A stretch of DNA of 64,000 bases from an uncultured bacterium. GTDB taxonomy: Bacteria; Krumholzibacteriota; Krumholzibacteriia; LZORAL124-64-63. The notes below the pieces were generated by a model. It was not told where the DNA came from and ran no database searches. It worked only from the letters and a program-made list of their open reading frames with translations. A program made the position numbers and the translations under genes. This document shows positions 29,135-38,282 of this stretch, in pieces (position 1 is the first letter of the stretch; every line of letters starts with the position of its first letter). The DNA is taken from assembly GCA_963732385.1 (NCBI GenBank), contig CAVSZB010000004.1:64001-128000 (forward strand), given 5' to 3'.

Positions 29135-31723
29135 ATGATGACCTGCAGGAAAGCGATTCTACTGCTGCTCGGGCTGGCGATACTGGCCTTGCTGCCGGTG
29201 CTGCATGGCTGCTCTCCGAGCCAGGAACTGTCCGGCACCCCGGTGCCGAACGCGCTCCCGGACACGCGGGTGACCGGCCAGCCACCGACGCTGCGCGAGT
29301 CCGACTTCATCGTGCGCTTTTTCTGGACCGGAACCGACCCTGACGGGCGGATCCGGGGCTACCAATGGAAGCTGAGCAACAACGGGCTCGATGGCATCAG
29401 TCTGCGCGATACCCTCACCATCGATCCGGCCACCGGTGACACGCTGAATCCCTGGCACTTCACCACGGCGACGGACACCACCTTCGTCGTCCGCTCCGAT
29501 CGGACCGGTTTTCCGGGCGACAGCGGGCTTGTCCCCACGGACCAGCGCTCCTATGAAACCCATACCCTGTTCGTACGAGCGATCGACGCCGAGGGGGGAT
29601 TGGATCCGACGCCGGCCATCATCTCCTTTACCTCAACGACCATCGTGCCCCGGATCTGGGCCGACAGGCCAGTTAACATGCGCGGGTATGACGTCGCTCA
29701 GGTGGGGCCCCCCTCGATGTTTTTCGGCTGGACGGGGGTCGATGCGGACTTCGTCACCGGTGTGCCGGTGAAGGTGCGCTATCTGTGGAGACCGGCGCTG
29801 GCGGGAGGCCAGTACGTCCAGAGCAGTTCCTCTTTCTACAGAAACGTGGAAACTGTCTGCAGCTTCTCCGACCCGGGCTGGAGCGACTGGCTCCCTTACG
29901 CCGCGCGGCCCGAGGATCGGGTTGCTGTGTTTCAGGGGCAGCGGTTCGATGCTCTTGGCCGCGTCATGACTTACATCTTTGCAATCCAGGCTCAGGATAC
30001 CGCAGGCGCGTGCAGCGTGGAGCGGACCTACGCCCAGAACGTGCATAACGTCTCAATCGTCTATGACAAGACCCCCCTGCTCACCGTGCTGGAGACCTAT
30101 CTGGGAAGTGTTCAGGCAGTCGGGACGACCCGTCTGTTCGATTTTGACATCGCCCAGAACCAGCCGCTGAACGTAGCCTGGTACGGGGATGCGGAGGGGT
30201 ACGCCGGTGCCGTGAGCAGCTATCGCTATGGCTGGGACGTCACCGATACCTCTGACGAGGACGATTTGGGTTGGTCCTCGCAACCCGGCAATACTCCGCA
30301 GCATCGCCAGTCTCCGGAGAGGCGGTTCCAGTCCGGCGTGCATACCCTGACCGTGCAGTGCTTCGATACCTCGGACCAGATGACGATGCTCACGATACGC
30401 TTCGCGGTCGTACCGGTGCCGCAGCCGTATGACCAGAAACCGTTGCTGCTCGTGGATGACGTGCATGACCAGATCAGCAACGCCTGGCCCGACGCATCCG
30501 GCAGACCGCTGGACCTGGATGTCTATCGGGACGCGTTCTGGATGGAGGTTCTGGACGATGCGGGCGGCGTGGTGAACTTCGACTCCGCCAGCGACATTTT
30601 CGATACCGAGATCACCAAGGATTTCGGTTACCGGGAGGCTGTCAACTACGCCAACATCATCTGGGCCCACAGAAAGGGCACCAACAGTTATGTCAACGTC
30701 ACCTTCGATCCGGCCAGAGAGTTGCGGGACAAATACGTCTGGCTCACCAATTACCAGATCCAGGTCGGCAACGTCTTCTTGTGCGGGCAGCAGGCGCTGA
30801 ATTCGTTCATCGGGGATCGGGGTATGGTCTCCGCCCTGTTGTTCACAGGAGCCACCGCCACTGCGGCGTATTGGATGTCGCCGATAATCTTCGACACCGA
30901 AGAGGAAACCAGGATGTATGGGAACACATCCTACGCGCTCGGGTTCGGCTGGCGAAGGACTGCGGACGGGAATCTGACGCTTATCGGTAAGGAGCGCTAC
31001 CCTTACCTGATCTGGGGCATTGACGCGATTGATGCGCCGAGCTCTCTGGTTCGGATCTACCCCGGTTCCCCCGGCCTGGCTTCTCTGGCGCGCAAGGCGC
31101 CCTGTGTCGGCACGAAGGCGGTCGTGCTCGATCCGGCGTTCAAGGCGTCCTACGTCGATCCCGGTGCGATGGCGGACACCATCTATGCCGCGCGGAATAT
31201 TGACTGGGTCGACTATCCGGCGCCGACACTTGAGAATCCGTATTCCTACCCGCCGTTCAACTTGGTGACAACTTACGTCTGGGGATTGGACGAGTTTTAC
31301 GACACAAACATCACCCAGCGGCCGACCGCCATCATCAAGCAGAAGCTGAGCGATGGGCGGCCGGCGATGGAGCCGATGTGGCGGCTGTATTCGCGTTTCG
31401 ACTGGATCGATGACCTGCACGCGCAGAATGGCTATCCGGGCTGGCCGCAATACTATCCTCCCCCCAACGAGACCACGCGGCTCTATACCGACACGGACCT
31501 GCGCGGGATCTGCGGCGTGTACGGGCTGAATCTGCAGAAGCGGAGCGTGACCGGCGGGGCCGTGGTCGGCCTTATCTCGCGCAAGTTCGAACAGACGAAG
31601 CCGAGTGGACGTCCTGATGTCCTTTGGGGCTTCGACCCGTACCGGTTCAACAGAACCAAGATTAAACAGGCGATTCGCTGGGTTCTGCGCGAGGAATTCG
31701 GCATGCTGATGTCCTCACCGTGA
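29135..31723 (+). CDS. Large lipoprotein (862 aa), paralogous N-terminal module to upstream lipoprotein
   Basis: SD GAGGAG; lipobox LHG-C; NALPDT...FFWTGTDPDG...YQW...VRAIDAEGGLDPTPA. Confidence 0.85.
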   Translation: MMTCRKAILLLLGLAILALLPVLHGCSPSQELSGTPVPNALPDTRVTGQPPTLRESDFIVRFFWTGTDPDGRIRGYQWKLSNNGLDGISLRDTLTIDPATGDTLNPWHFTTATDTTFVVRSDRTGFPGDSGLVPTDQRSYETHTLFVRAIDAEGGLDPTPAIISFTSTTIVPRIWADRPVNMRGYDVAQVGPPSMFFGWTGVDADFVTGVPVKVRYLWRPALAGGQYVQSSSSFYRNVETVCSFSDPGWSDWLPYAARPEDRVAVFQGQRFDALGRVMTYIFAIQAQDTAGACSVERTYAQNVHNVSIVYDKTPLLTVLETYLGSVQAVGTTRLFDFDIAQNQPLNVAWYGDAEGYAGAVSSYRYGWDVTDTSDEDDLGWSSQPGNTPQHRQSPERRFQSGVHTLTVQCFDTSDQMTMLTIRFAVVPVPQPYDQKPLLLVDDVHDQISNAWPDASGRPLDLDVYRDAFWMEVLDDAGGVVNFDSASDIFDTEITKDFGYREAVNYANIIWAHRKGTNSYVNVTFDPARELRDKYVWLTNYQIQVGNVFLCGQQALNSFIGDRGMVSALLFTGATATAAYWMSPIIFDTEEETRMYGNTSYALGFGWRRTADGNLTLIGKERYPYLIWGIDAIDAPSSLVRIYPGSPGLASLARKAPCVGTKAVVLDPAFKASYVDPGAMADTIYAARNIDWVDYPAPTLENPYSYPPFNLVTTYVWGLDEFYDTNITQRPTAIIKQKLSDGRPAMEPMWRLYSRFDWIDDLHAQNGYPGWPQYYPPPNETTRLYTDTDLRGICGVYGLNLQKRSVTGGAVVGLISRKFEQTKPSGRPDVLWGFDPYRFNRTKIKQAIRWVLREEFGMLMSSP

Positions 31724-31818
31724 GGGATGGCTCCGGGCGGCTCGCCCGCGCGCGCCGCCCACGTCAGCAGGCGCCTGGGTAAGCTCCGGACATTTTGAAA
31801 GGCAGGCTGACCGTGAAG

Positions 31819-34185
31819 ATGGCAGAGAGTTGCCGGATTTTCGGACGGGTGTGGTTTGCCCTCTGCATCGCGGGATTGGCGGCGGGCGCCCCCGACCGGG
31901 CGCTGGCGCAGAGCTATACGCCCCCCGAGGCCTGTCGGGTGGACAGTCTGCGGCTATTGTCTCCTTACAGGGACGGGGTGCGTGTGCGCCTGGCGGAAGC
32001 CAACCAGCGCAAGGGGACAGTGATCCAGTGGGCCAAGCTGCCGGCCGAGTTGGCCACCTGCTCCGCGCTGGTCATTCCGAGTACGGTGACTTTCCCGATA
32101 GCTCTCGGCGGCGTCTACCTGGATAACGTTGACCGGGAGTTGGAATTCTCCGTGAATTCCGGTGGGGCGATCGGCTCGGCGACCCGCAACCGGGTGGTGC
32201 TGAAATGGGCGAACCGGTACGCCAGCCGTACCGGTCAGATCGACGGGGAAATCAACCTGAGCAACAGCGGTGGTCTGTGGCATTTCGTACCTGGCCAGGG
32301 GATGACGCAGGTCAATGGCGGGTTCCCCATGACGCTTCCCTATACCGGCGTCAACGCCTTCGCGCAGGCACCGAGTGCGCCGCAGATCCTGCTCGCGCAT
32401 CTCGGCACGCGGGGGTTGTGGCGACGGGAGGGGGAGGGTGACTGGGCTCGACTCAATCCGGAGACCCTGCCCGACAATTGGAATGAGGGTGGCGTCGTGG
32501 CGATCAGCGCGATTGCAATTTCGCCAGGCGATCCGAACCGCTTCGTCGTTGGCACGTCCGGTTCGACCGGGCGCGGCATGTTCGTCACCGCTGATGGCGG
32601 GCAGACATTTCGCCAGTTCGCCAGTGACCTCGATCCGCTCTCTTTGCCGAACTACCAGGTCACCGCCCTGACCTGGTCAGCGGACGGACCGATCTACGCG
32701 GCGGTGCGCAACCTCGGCGTATTCGTCTCGCTCAACAATGGTGAAAGCTTTATCAAACTGGTGAACCTGACGGTGCCGGGCGAATTCGGCACGCCTGATT
32801 CACCCCTGATGCCGCCGTTGGTCAACGCGATTTTCTGCGATCCCGACGCCCCTTCCACGGTCTACTTCGCGCTGAAGGACTACCGGCTCTACCGGACCAC
32901 CGACGGCGGGGCCTCCTGGGGGCCGCTGAACGGCGACTGGGGTCTGTCCCCGGAACGGGCGATCACGGGACTGAACGTGGCGCGCGATCCGCAGGATCCA
33001 CAGGTGCTGCTGCTCGGCACGCAGGCGTGGGGGCTCTGGCGGACCAGCAACGGGGGTGCAACCTGGGGGGAAGTTGCGGCAAGCCTGCTGCCCGGACCGA
33101 ACAAGCCGCTGGTCAAGGGTCTGCTGTTCGACGCATCAACTCCCGGTCGGGTCTATGCGCTTGTCAACGGCAGTGGAGTGCTGGTCAGCGAAAACCACGG
33201 AGCCGACTGGTCGCTGCTGGCTTCGCAGCCCGGAAATCGTCTGCTGACGGGGATCACCGCGGATGCGAACGGGGATGGGGCGATCTGGCTCGGCACGTAC
33301 GATGGCGGTATTTACGTTCCGGGTACCTCGCTGCCGCTGGCGAACACGTTGTTGACTACCAGCGATCCGATCTATTGGAATTTTGATCCGGGGCTGAGCC
33401 TGGCGTTCACGCCCGGCTCGGCTGCGGGGGATACGGCGGCCACCGGCACGAACTTTTACCTGAAGTGCCAGAACTTCCAAGGCTATGGCGTATGGCGGAG
33501 CGAGGGACACGATCCGATCCTTGTTCGCAACATGGCCTTGATCGGCGTCTACGATCTGTCGAATCCGCAGACCTGCCTCGAGGGCTTCTGCGGCGATTTG
33601 AACTTCAATATCACGCCGGACTGTTTCGAGGAGCGGCGGGCCGCCTGCTTTAATTTCAGCCGTGGAGACACGATCGAATTCTTCGACGACAACATCTTCA
33701 ACGGCTTTGAATACAACTACGCGGTGACCACCTTCGATTACGGCAGTACGGCGAACATCGATCCGGCCACGCTTTCCAACGACCTTCTCTACTCGCCGCG
33801 CTTTCCGGATGATGAGAACTCCATCTTCTGGGGCGAGGGCAATCTGATTCCGTTCCGGGTCGATCGGGCAGCGGAACCTCCGCTCGACGGCGCCGAGATC
33901 TTTGTCTACCCGAATCCGCTGCGGCGCGGCGCCGGCTTCAGGGGGAGCGAGGGGGACCGGGTCGTTTTCACGAATCTGCCCCCCGACAGCCGTATCAAGG
34001 TCTGGACGGAGGATGGCGATTTTGTGGCCGGGTTGCCACGGGCTGAGCAGCCCCAGGCCGGCGCCAATATCTACTGGGATACCCGCAATGAAGGTTCCGA
34101 GCCGGTCGCCTCCGGTATCTACTTCTGGAAGGTCGTCATGCCGGGGCGGGGCGACTTCTACGGGAAGCTCGTGGTTATTCGCTGA
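31819..34185 (+). CDS. Secreted BNR/Asp-box beta-propeller protein with FN3-like domain and T9SS-type CTD
   Basis: Signal peptide. Asp-boxes TADGGQTF, SLNNGESF, TTDGGASW, TSNGGATW and SENHGADW. C-terminal VYPNP...FTNLP...WDTRN...VASGIYFW...GKLVVIR. Confidence 0.85.
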   Translation: MAESCRIFGRVWFALCIAGLAAGAPDRALAQSYTPPEACRVDSLRLLSPYRDGVRVRLAEANQRKGTVIQWAKLPAELATCSALVIPSTVTFPIALGGVYLDNVDRELEFSVNSGGAIGSATRNRVVLKWANRYASRTGQIDGEINLSNSGGLWHFVPGQGMTQVNGGFPMTLPYTGVNAFAQAPSAPQILLAHLGTRGLWRREGEGDWARLNPETLPDNWNEGGVVAISAIAISPGDPNRFVVGTSGSTGRGMFVTADGGQTFRQFASDLDPLSLPNYQVTALTWSADGPIYAAVRNLGVFVSLNNGESFIKLVNLTVPGEFGTPDSPLMPPLVNAIFCDPDAPSTVYFALKDYRLYRTTDGGASWGPLNGDWGLSPERAITGLNVARDPQDPQVLLLGTQAWGLWRTSNGGATWGEVAASLLPGPNKPLVKGLLFDASTPGRVYALVNGSGVLVSENHGADWSLLASQPGNRLLTGITADANGDGAIWLGTYDGGIYVPGTSLPLANTLLTTSDPIYWNFDPGLSLAFTPGSAAGDTAATGTNFYLKCQNFQGYGVWRSEGHDPILVRNMALIGVYDLSNPQTCLEGFCGDLNFNITPDCFEERRAACFNFSRGDTIEFFDDNIFNGFEYNYAVTTFDYGSTANIDPATLSNDLLYSPRFPDDENSIFWGEGNLIPFRVDRAAEPPLDGAEIFVYPNPLRRGAGFRGSEGDRVVFTNLPPDSRIKVWTEDGDFVAGLPRAEQPQAGANIYWDTRNEGSEPVASGIYFWKVVMPGRGDFYGKLVVIR

Positions 34186-34206
34186 GTCCGGGCGGTTGAG
34201 GACTTG

Positions 34207-34246
34207 AAAAGACCGTGGCCCAGTCGATACTGGGTCACGGTTTTTA
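34207..34246 (+). terminator. Intrinsic terminator hairpin ending the secreted-protein block
   Basis: ACCGTGGCCCAGT-CGAT-ACTGGGTCACGGT followed by TTTT. Confidence 0.7.
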
Positions 34247-34324
34247 ACGAAGGGCGCCGTTGTGGGGCGCCAGGTTCCGAATGGAGAGCCTCGTCCGGTG
34301 GCGATGGCTGGCGGGAGGATCCCA

Positions 34325-37048
34325 ATGAGCGAGAAGCTGGTCTACGTTTTTGGCGACGGACGCGCCGATGGCGACGCCTCGATGAAGAATCTGCTCGGAG
34401 GCAAGGGGGCGAACCTGGCCGAGATGGCCCGCCTTGGTGTGCCGGTGCCGCCAGGCTTCACCATCACGACCGAGGTCTGCACGCACTTCTACGCGCGAGG
34501 GCACGCCTACCCCGACGGCCTGCGGGACGAAGCGGCCGCGGCCCTGACCGGCATCGAGCGGGAGATGAAGATGGGCTTTGGCGATCCGGACCGGCCCCTG
34601 CTGGTCTCGATCCGTTCGGGCGCCCGCAAGTCGATGCCCGGCATGATGGAGACCGTGCTCAACGCCGGTCTCTGCTCGCGCACCATTCCCGGCCTGATCA
34701 AGCTGACGGACAATCCGCGGTTCGTCTATGACGCCTACCGTCGTCTCATCATGATGTATTCCGACGTGGTGATGGAGAAGGCGGCCGGCCTGGAGCCGGC
34801 TGAGGGGCAGGGGATCCGCCAGCAGCTCGATCGCCTGCTCGACGGGGTCAAGAAGGCACGTGGCTGTGCCTCGGACGCCGATCTTTCCGTCGCCGATCTG
34901 AAGGATCTCGTCGCGCGCTTCAAGACGCGGGTCGCGGAGGTGCTAGGCAAGGAGTTTCCTGACGACGCGCAGGAACAGCTGTGGGGAGCGATCGGGGCGG
35001 TCTTTTCGTCCTGGAACGGCCGGCGCGCCATTTCTTACCGTCGGATCGAGGGCATTCCTCACGAGTGGGGCACGGCGGTCACCGTGCAGGCGATGGTGTT
35101 CGGCAACATGGGAGATACGTCGGCCACCGGCGTGGCGTTTTCGCGCAACCCGGCCACCGGCGAGAACCGTTTCTACGGCGAGTGGCTGGTCAACGCGCAG
35201 GGCGAAGATGTCGTGGCCGGTATTCGCACGCCCAACCCCCTGAACGAGGCCACGAAAAGCGAGCAGAACCGCCACCTGCCGTCGCTCGAGTCCGGCATGC
35301 CCGAGGTCTACGCCCGGCTCGACAGCATCCGGGGCGATCTCGAGAAGCATTTCCACGACATGCAGGACATCGAGTTCACGATCCAGGACGGACGGCTCTG
35401 GATGTTGCAGTGCCGGGTAGGCAAGCGGACCGGCACCGCCGCTCTGAACATCGCGATGGACATGCTGGCGGAGGGGCTGATCGACGAACGCGAGGTTGTG
35501 CGCCGCGTAATGCCCGCGCAGCTGGACGAGTTGCTCCACCCGATCGTGGATCCGCAGGCCGAGAAAACGGCGCCGCTGCTGGCGAGCGGCCTGCCTGCCG
35601 GTCCGGGCGGCGCCACCGGGCAGATCGTTTTCACCGCCGCCGATGCGGTGACGTGGGCCGCGCAGGGCAGGACGGTCATCCTCGTCCGCGAGGAGACCAA
35701 CCCCGAAGATGTGGAAGGGATGCGTGCGGCCGAGGGGATCCTGACCGCCCGCGGTGGCATGACCAGCCACGCGGCGCTGGTGGCCCGTGGTTGGGGCAAG
35801 TGCTGCATCGTCGGCTGCTCAGGTCTGCACGTCGATGTGCACGCCCGTACGCTCACGGTCGATGGACAGGTGCTCAGGGAGGGCGACCCGGTCACGCTCA
35901 ACGGCACGCGCGGACGGGTCTACGCGGGGCGGCTGGGGATGGTGAGCGCGACGGAGAATCCGCGCTTCGTGGCGTTCATGCAGATCGCCGACCGGTACCG
36001 GCGGCTGGGGGTGCGCACCAACGCCGATACGCCCGAGGACGCTCTCAAGGCTCGCGGTTTCGGCGCCGAGGGGATCGGACTGTTCAGGACCGAGCACATG
36101 TTCTATGGCCGGAATTCCGAAAAACCGCTGTTCTTGCTGCGCCGGATGATCGTATCGGCGTCCGAGGCGGAGCGCCGGGCGGCGCTGGACGAACTGTATC
36201 CCTACGTGAAAAAGGACATCAAGGACACCCTGGCCGTGATGGACGGACTGCCGGTGACGTTCCGCCTGCTCGATCCGCCTCTGCACGAGTTCGTGCCGAA
36301 GGAGGCGGCGGAGCGGGCCAAACTCGCGCAGGCGCTCGGTATCACGGCGGCGGATCTCGATCAGCGCGCCGAAGCGCTCCACGAGAGCAACCCGATGATG
36401 GGGCACCGCGGGGTGCGGCTCGGGGTCACCTACCCGGAGATCACCGAGATGCAGGTGCGGGCCATCCTCGAGTCGACCGTGGAGTTGACGCGCGAGGGGA
36501 AACGGGCGCTGCCGGAGATCATGGTGCCGGTGGTCGCGGCGGTCAGTGAGCTGGACCACCAGAAGGTCGTGGTGGATCGCGTGCACGCCGAGGTGTGCGT
36601 GGCTTTCGGCGTGGACAGGGTCGATTATCTGTACGGAACCATGATCGAGATCCCACGCGCGGCCCTGACCGCCGATCGCATCGCGCGCACCGCCCAGTTC
36701 TTCTCGTTCGGCACGAACGATCTTACGCAGATGACCTTCGGTTTCTCGCGGGACGACATCGGCGGGTTCGTGCCGGCCTACGTGGAGCAGAAGCTGCTGC
36801 CGGTGGATCCGTTCCAGGTGCTCGATCCGGACGGCGTCGGTCGGCTGGTGGCGATGGCGTGCGAACTCGGCCGCCAGACGAATCCGCACCTGCACCTCGG
36901 AATCTGCGGCGAGCACGGAGGCGAGCCGAGTTCGATCGCCTTCTGCCACCGGGTCGGACTCGACTATGTGAGTTGTTCACCTTTCCGCGTGCCCATTGCC
37001 CGTCTGGCCGCGGCCCAGGCGGCCCTCGAGGACGCTGCGGGACAGTGA
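34325..37048 (+). CDS. ppdK: Pyruvate, phosphate dikinase
   Basis: LLGGKGANLAEM, GGMTSHAA, EGIGLFRTEHM, FSFGTNDLTQ and GICGEHGG. Confidence 0.98.
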   Translation: MSEKLVYVFGDGRADGDASMKNLLGGKGANLAEMARLGVPVPPGFTITTEVCTHFYARGHAYPDGLRDEAAAALTGIEREMKMGFGDPDRPLLVSIRSGARKSMPGMMETVLNAGLCSRTIPGLIKLTDNPRFVYDAYRRLIMMYSDVVMEKAAGLEPAEGQGIRQQLDRLLDGVKKARGCASDADLSVADLKDLVARFKTRVAEVLGKEFPDDAQEQLWGAIGAVFSSWNGRRAISYRRIEGIPHEWGTAVTVQAMVFGNMGDTSATGVAFSRNPATGENRFYGEWLVNAQGEDVVAGIRTPNPLNEATKSEQNRHLPSLESGMPEVYARLDSIRGDLEKHFHDMQDIEFTIQDGRLWMLQCRVGKRTGTAALNIAMDMLAEGLIDEREVVRRVMPAQLDELLHPIVDPQAEKTAPLLASGLPAGPGGATGQIVFTAADAVTWAAQGRTVILVREETNPEDVEGMRAAEGILTARGGMTSHAALVARGWGKCCIVGCSGLHVDVHARTLTVDGQVLREGDPVTLNGTRGRVYAGRLGMVSATENPRFVAFMQIADRYRRLGVRTNADTPEDALKARGFGAEGIGLFRTEHMFYGRNSEKPLFLLRRMIVSASEAERRAALDELYPYVKKDIKDTLAVMDGLPVTFRLLDPPLHEFVPKEAAERAKLAQALGITAADLDQRAEALHESNPMMGHRGVRLGVTYPEITEMQVRAILESTVELTREGKRALPEIMVPVVAAVSELDHQKVVVDRVHAEVCVAFGVDRVDYLYGTMIEIPRAALTADRIARTAQFFSFGTNDLTQMTFGFSRDDIGGFVPAYVEQKLLPVDPFQVLDPDGVGRLVAMACELGRQTNPHLHLGICGEHGGEPSSIAFCHRVGLDYVSCSPFRVPIARLAAAQAALEDAAGQ

Positions 37049-37130
37049 GGCGCTGCCTCGCGCCGGCCGGTCCCGCAGGACCGGCCGGCGCTCATCAGGC
37101 CGCGTTCGCGAGCGGTCGGCGGAGGTCGGA

Positions 37131-37655
37131 ATGATCCTGAACGGACGCATCGGCCCGTTTTCGGTCGTGGACGTGCTGCAGTTCCTCTCGCTGTCGAGGG
37201 TCACCGGGAAGCTGGTGCTCGACACGCGGCGGGAAAAGGCGCGGATCTACTTTCACGACGGCACCCTGGTCTATGCCCGACGCGAAGGACCGACGGAACG
37301 GCTGGGCGATCGTCTGGTGCGACTCGGCCTGGTGACCGCCTCGCAGATCGCCGGCGCCGACATCCGGGTCGAGATCAACCCCGACAAGCGGCGGATCGGC
37401 CAGATCCTCGTTGAGGCGGGATCGCTCGACCAGGCCCGGTTGCAGCAGGTCGTGCGCGACCAGATCCTGGAAACCGTGTACCACATCCTCGCGTTCGGAG
37501 CCGGCGAATTCCGCTTTTTTGCGGATGTCCTGCCCGACGGCGAGGACATTCTGCTGGACGTCAGTCTCGACCTGCTGCTGCTCGAGGGGCTCAAGAAGAT
37601 GGACGAATTACGGCGCGACGGCGGTCCGGAAACCGGCGGGACCAGCGCTACCTGA
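37131..37655 (+). CDS. DUF4388 (PatA N-terminal-like) domain protein
   Basis: LNGRIGPFSVVDVLQFL...TGKL...IYFHDG, RLGDRLV, RIGQILVE and LLLEGLKKMDE. Confidence 0.8.
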   Translation: MILNGRIGPFSVVDVLQFLSLSRVTGKLVLDTRREKARIYFHDGTLVYARREGPTERLGDRLVRLGLVTASQIAGADIRVEINPDKRRIGQILVEAGSLDQARLQQVVRDQILETVYHILAFGAGEFRFFADVLPDGEDILLDVSLDLLLLEGLKKMDELRRDGGPETGGTSAT

Positions 37656-37815
37656 AACGCCGTCCCCTGAGCCGGCGCCGTCGGTCCGACCCGTCCGCGC
37701 GCCGACTTCCGCGATTCGCCATTCAAGGCGGCCGCCCGGCGGCCGAAACCTACCCTGGAAGCGATCGGACGCGAGCCAGACAACGGCCGCGTCGGCGGCG
37801 TCCGGGGAGGTTTCA

Positions 37816-38202
37816 ATGGACAGTATCCACATCCATGCCCGACGGCACGAGCCGACCGGCGCCACGGTCATCTCGGTCCACGGTTTTCTCGACACCGCCA
37901 CTTCCGTCGACCTGGAGAAGGAACTGCAGCGGGTGCTGCGAGCGCGCTGCTGGCAGGTCGTCATCGATCTGTCGGGGGTCGACTACATCAGCTCCGCGGG
38001 CTGGGGGATTTTCCTCAGTGAGATCCGCCATATCCGCCAGCAGGGGGGGGATCTGCGGCTGGTCGGGATGAAGCCCGAGGTATACGAGGTCTATGAACTG
38101 CTGGAGTTCCGCTCCGTGCTGGCGCACCACTGTTCGCTCGACGAGGCGTGCGCCGGTTTCGCGCCGACGCTGCGTGACGAATCGATGTTGCTGCCGGGTT
38201 GA
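37816..38202 (+). CDS. STAS-domain anti-sigma factor antagonist
   Basis: VVIDLSGVDYISSAGWG with the phosphorylatable Ser; GGDLRL. Confidence 0.88.
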   Translation: MDSIHIHARRHEPTGATVISVHGFLDTATSVDLEKELQRVLRARCWQVVIDLSGVDYISSAGWGIFLSEIRHIRQQGGDLRLVGMKPEVYEVYELLEFRSVLAHHCSLDEACAGFAPTLRDESMLLPG

Positions 38203-38282
38203 CAGGTCGACGATCCTGACGGATCCTGCCATTAACGGCCCGGCCCGCAGCCGGGTCGTTTTCGTATGTTGCGGAGGCTCCC

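Noticed and set aside
22891..34324. Lower-GC block as a mobile genomic island or prophage
   Set aside because: No integrase, transposase, tRNA target or flanking direct repeats seen; amino-acid composition can explain the GC shift.
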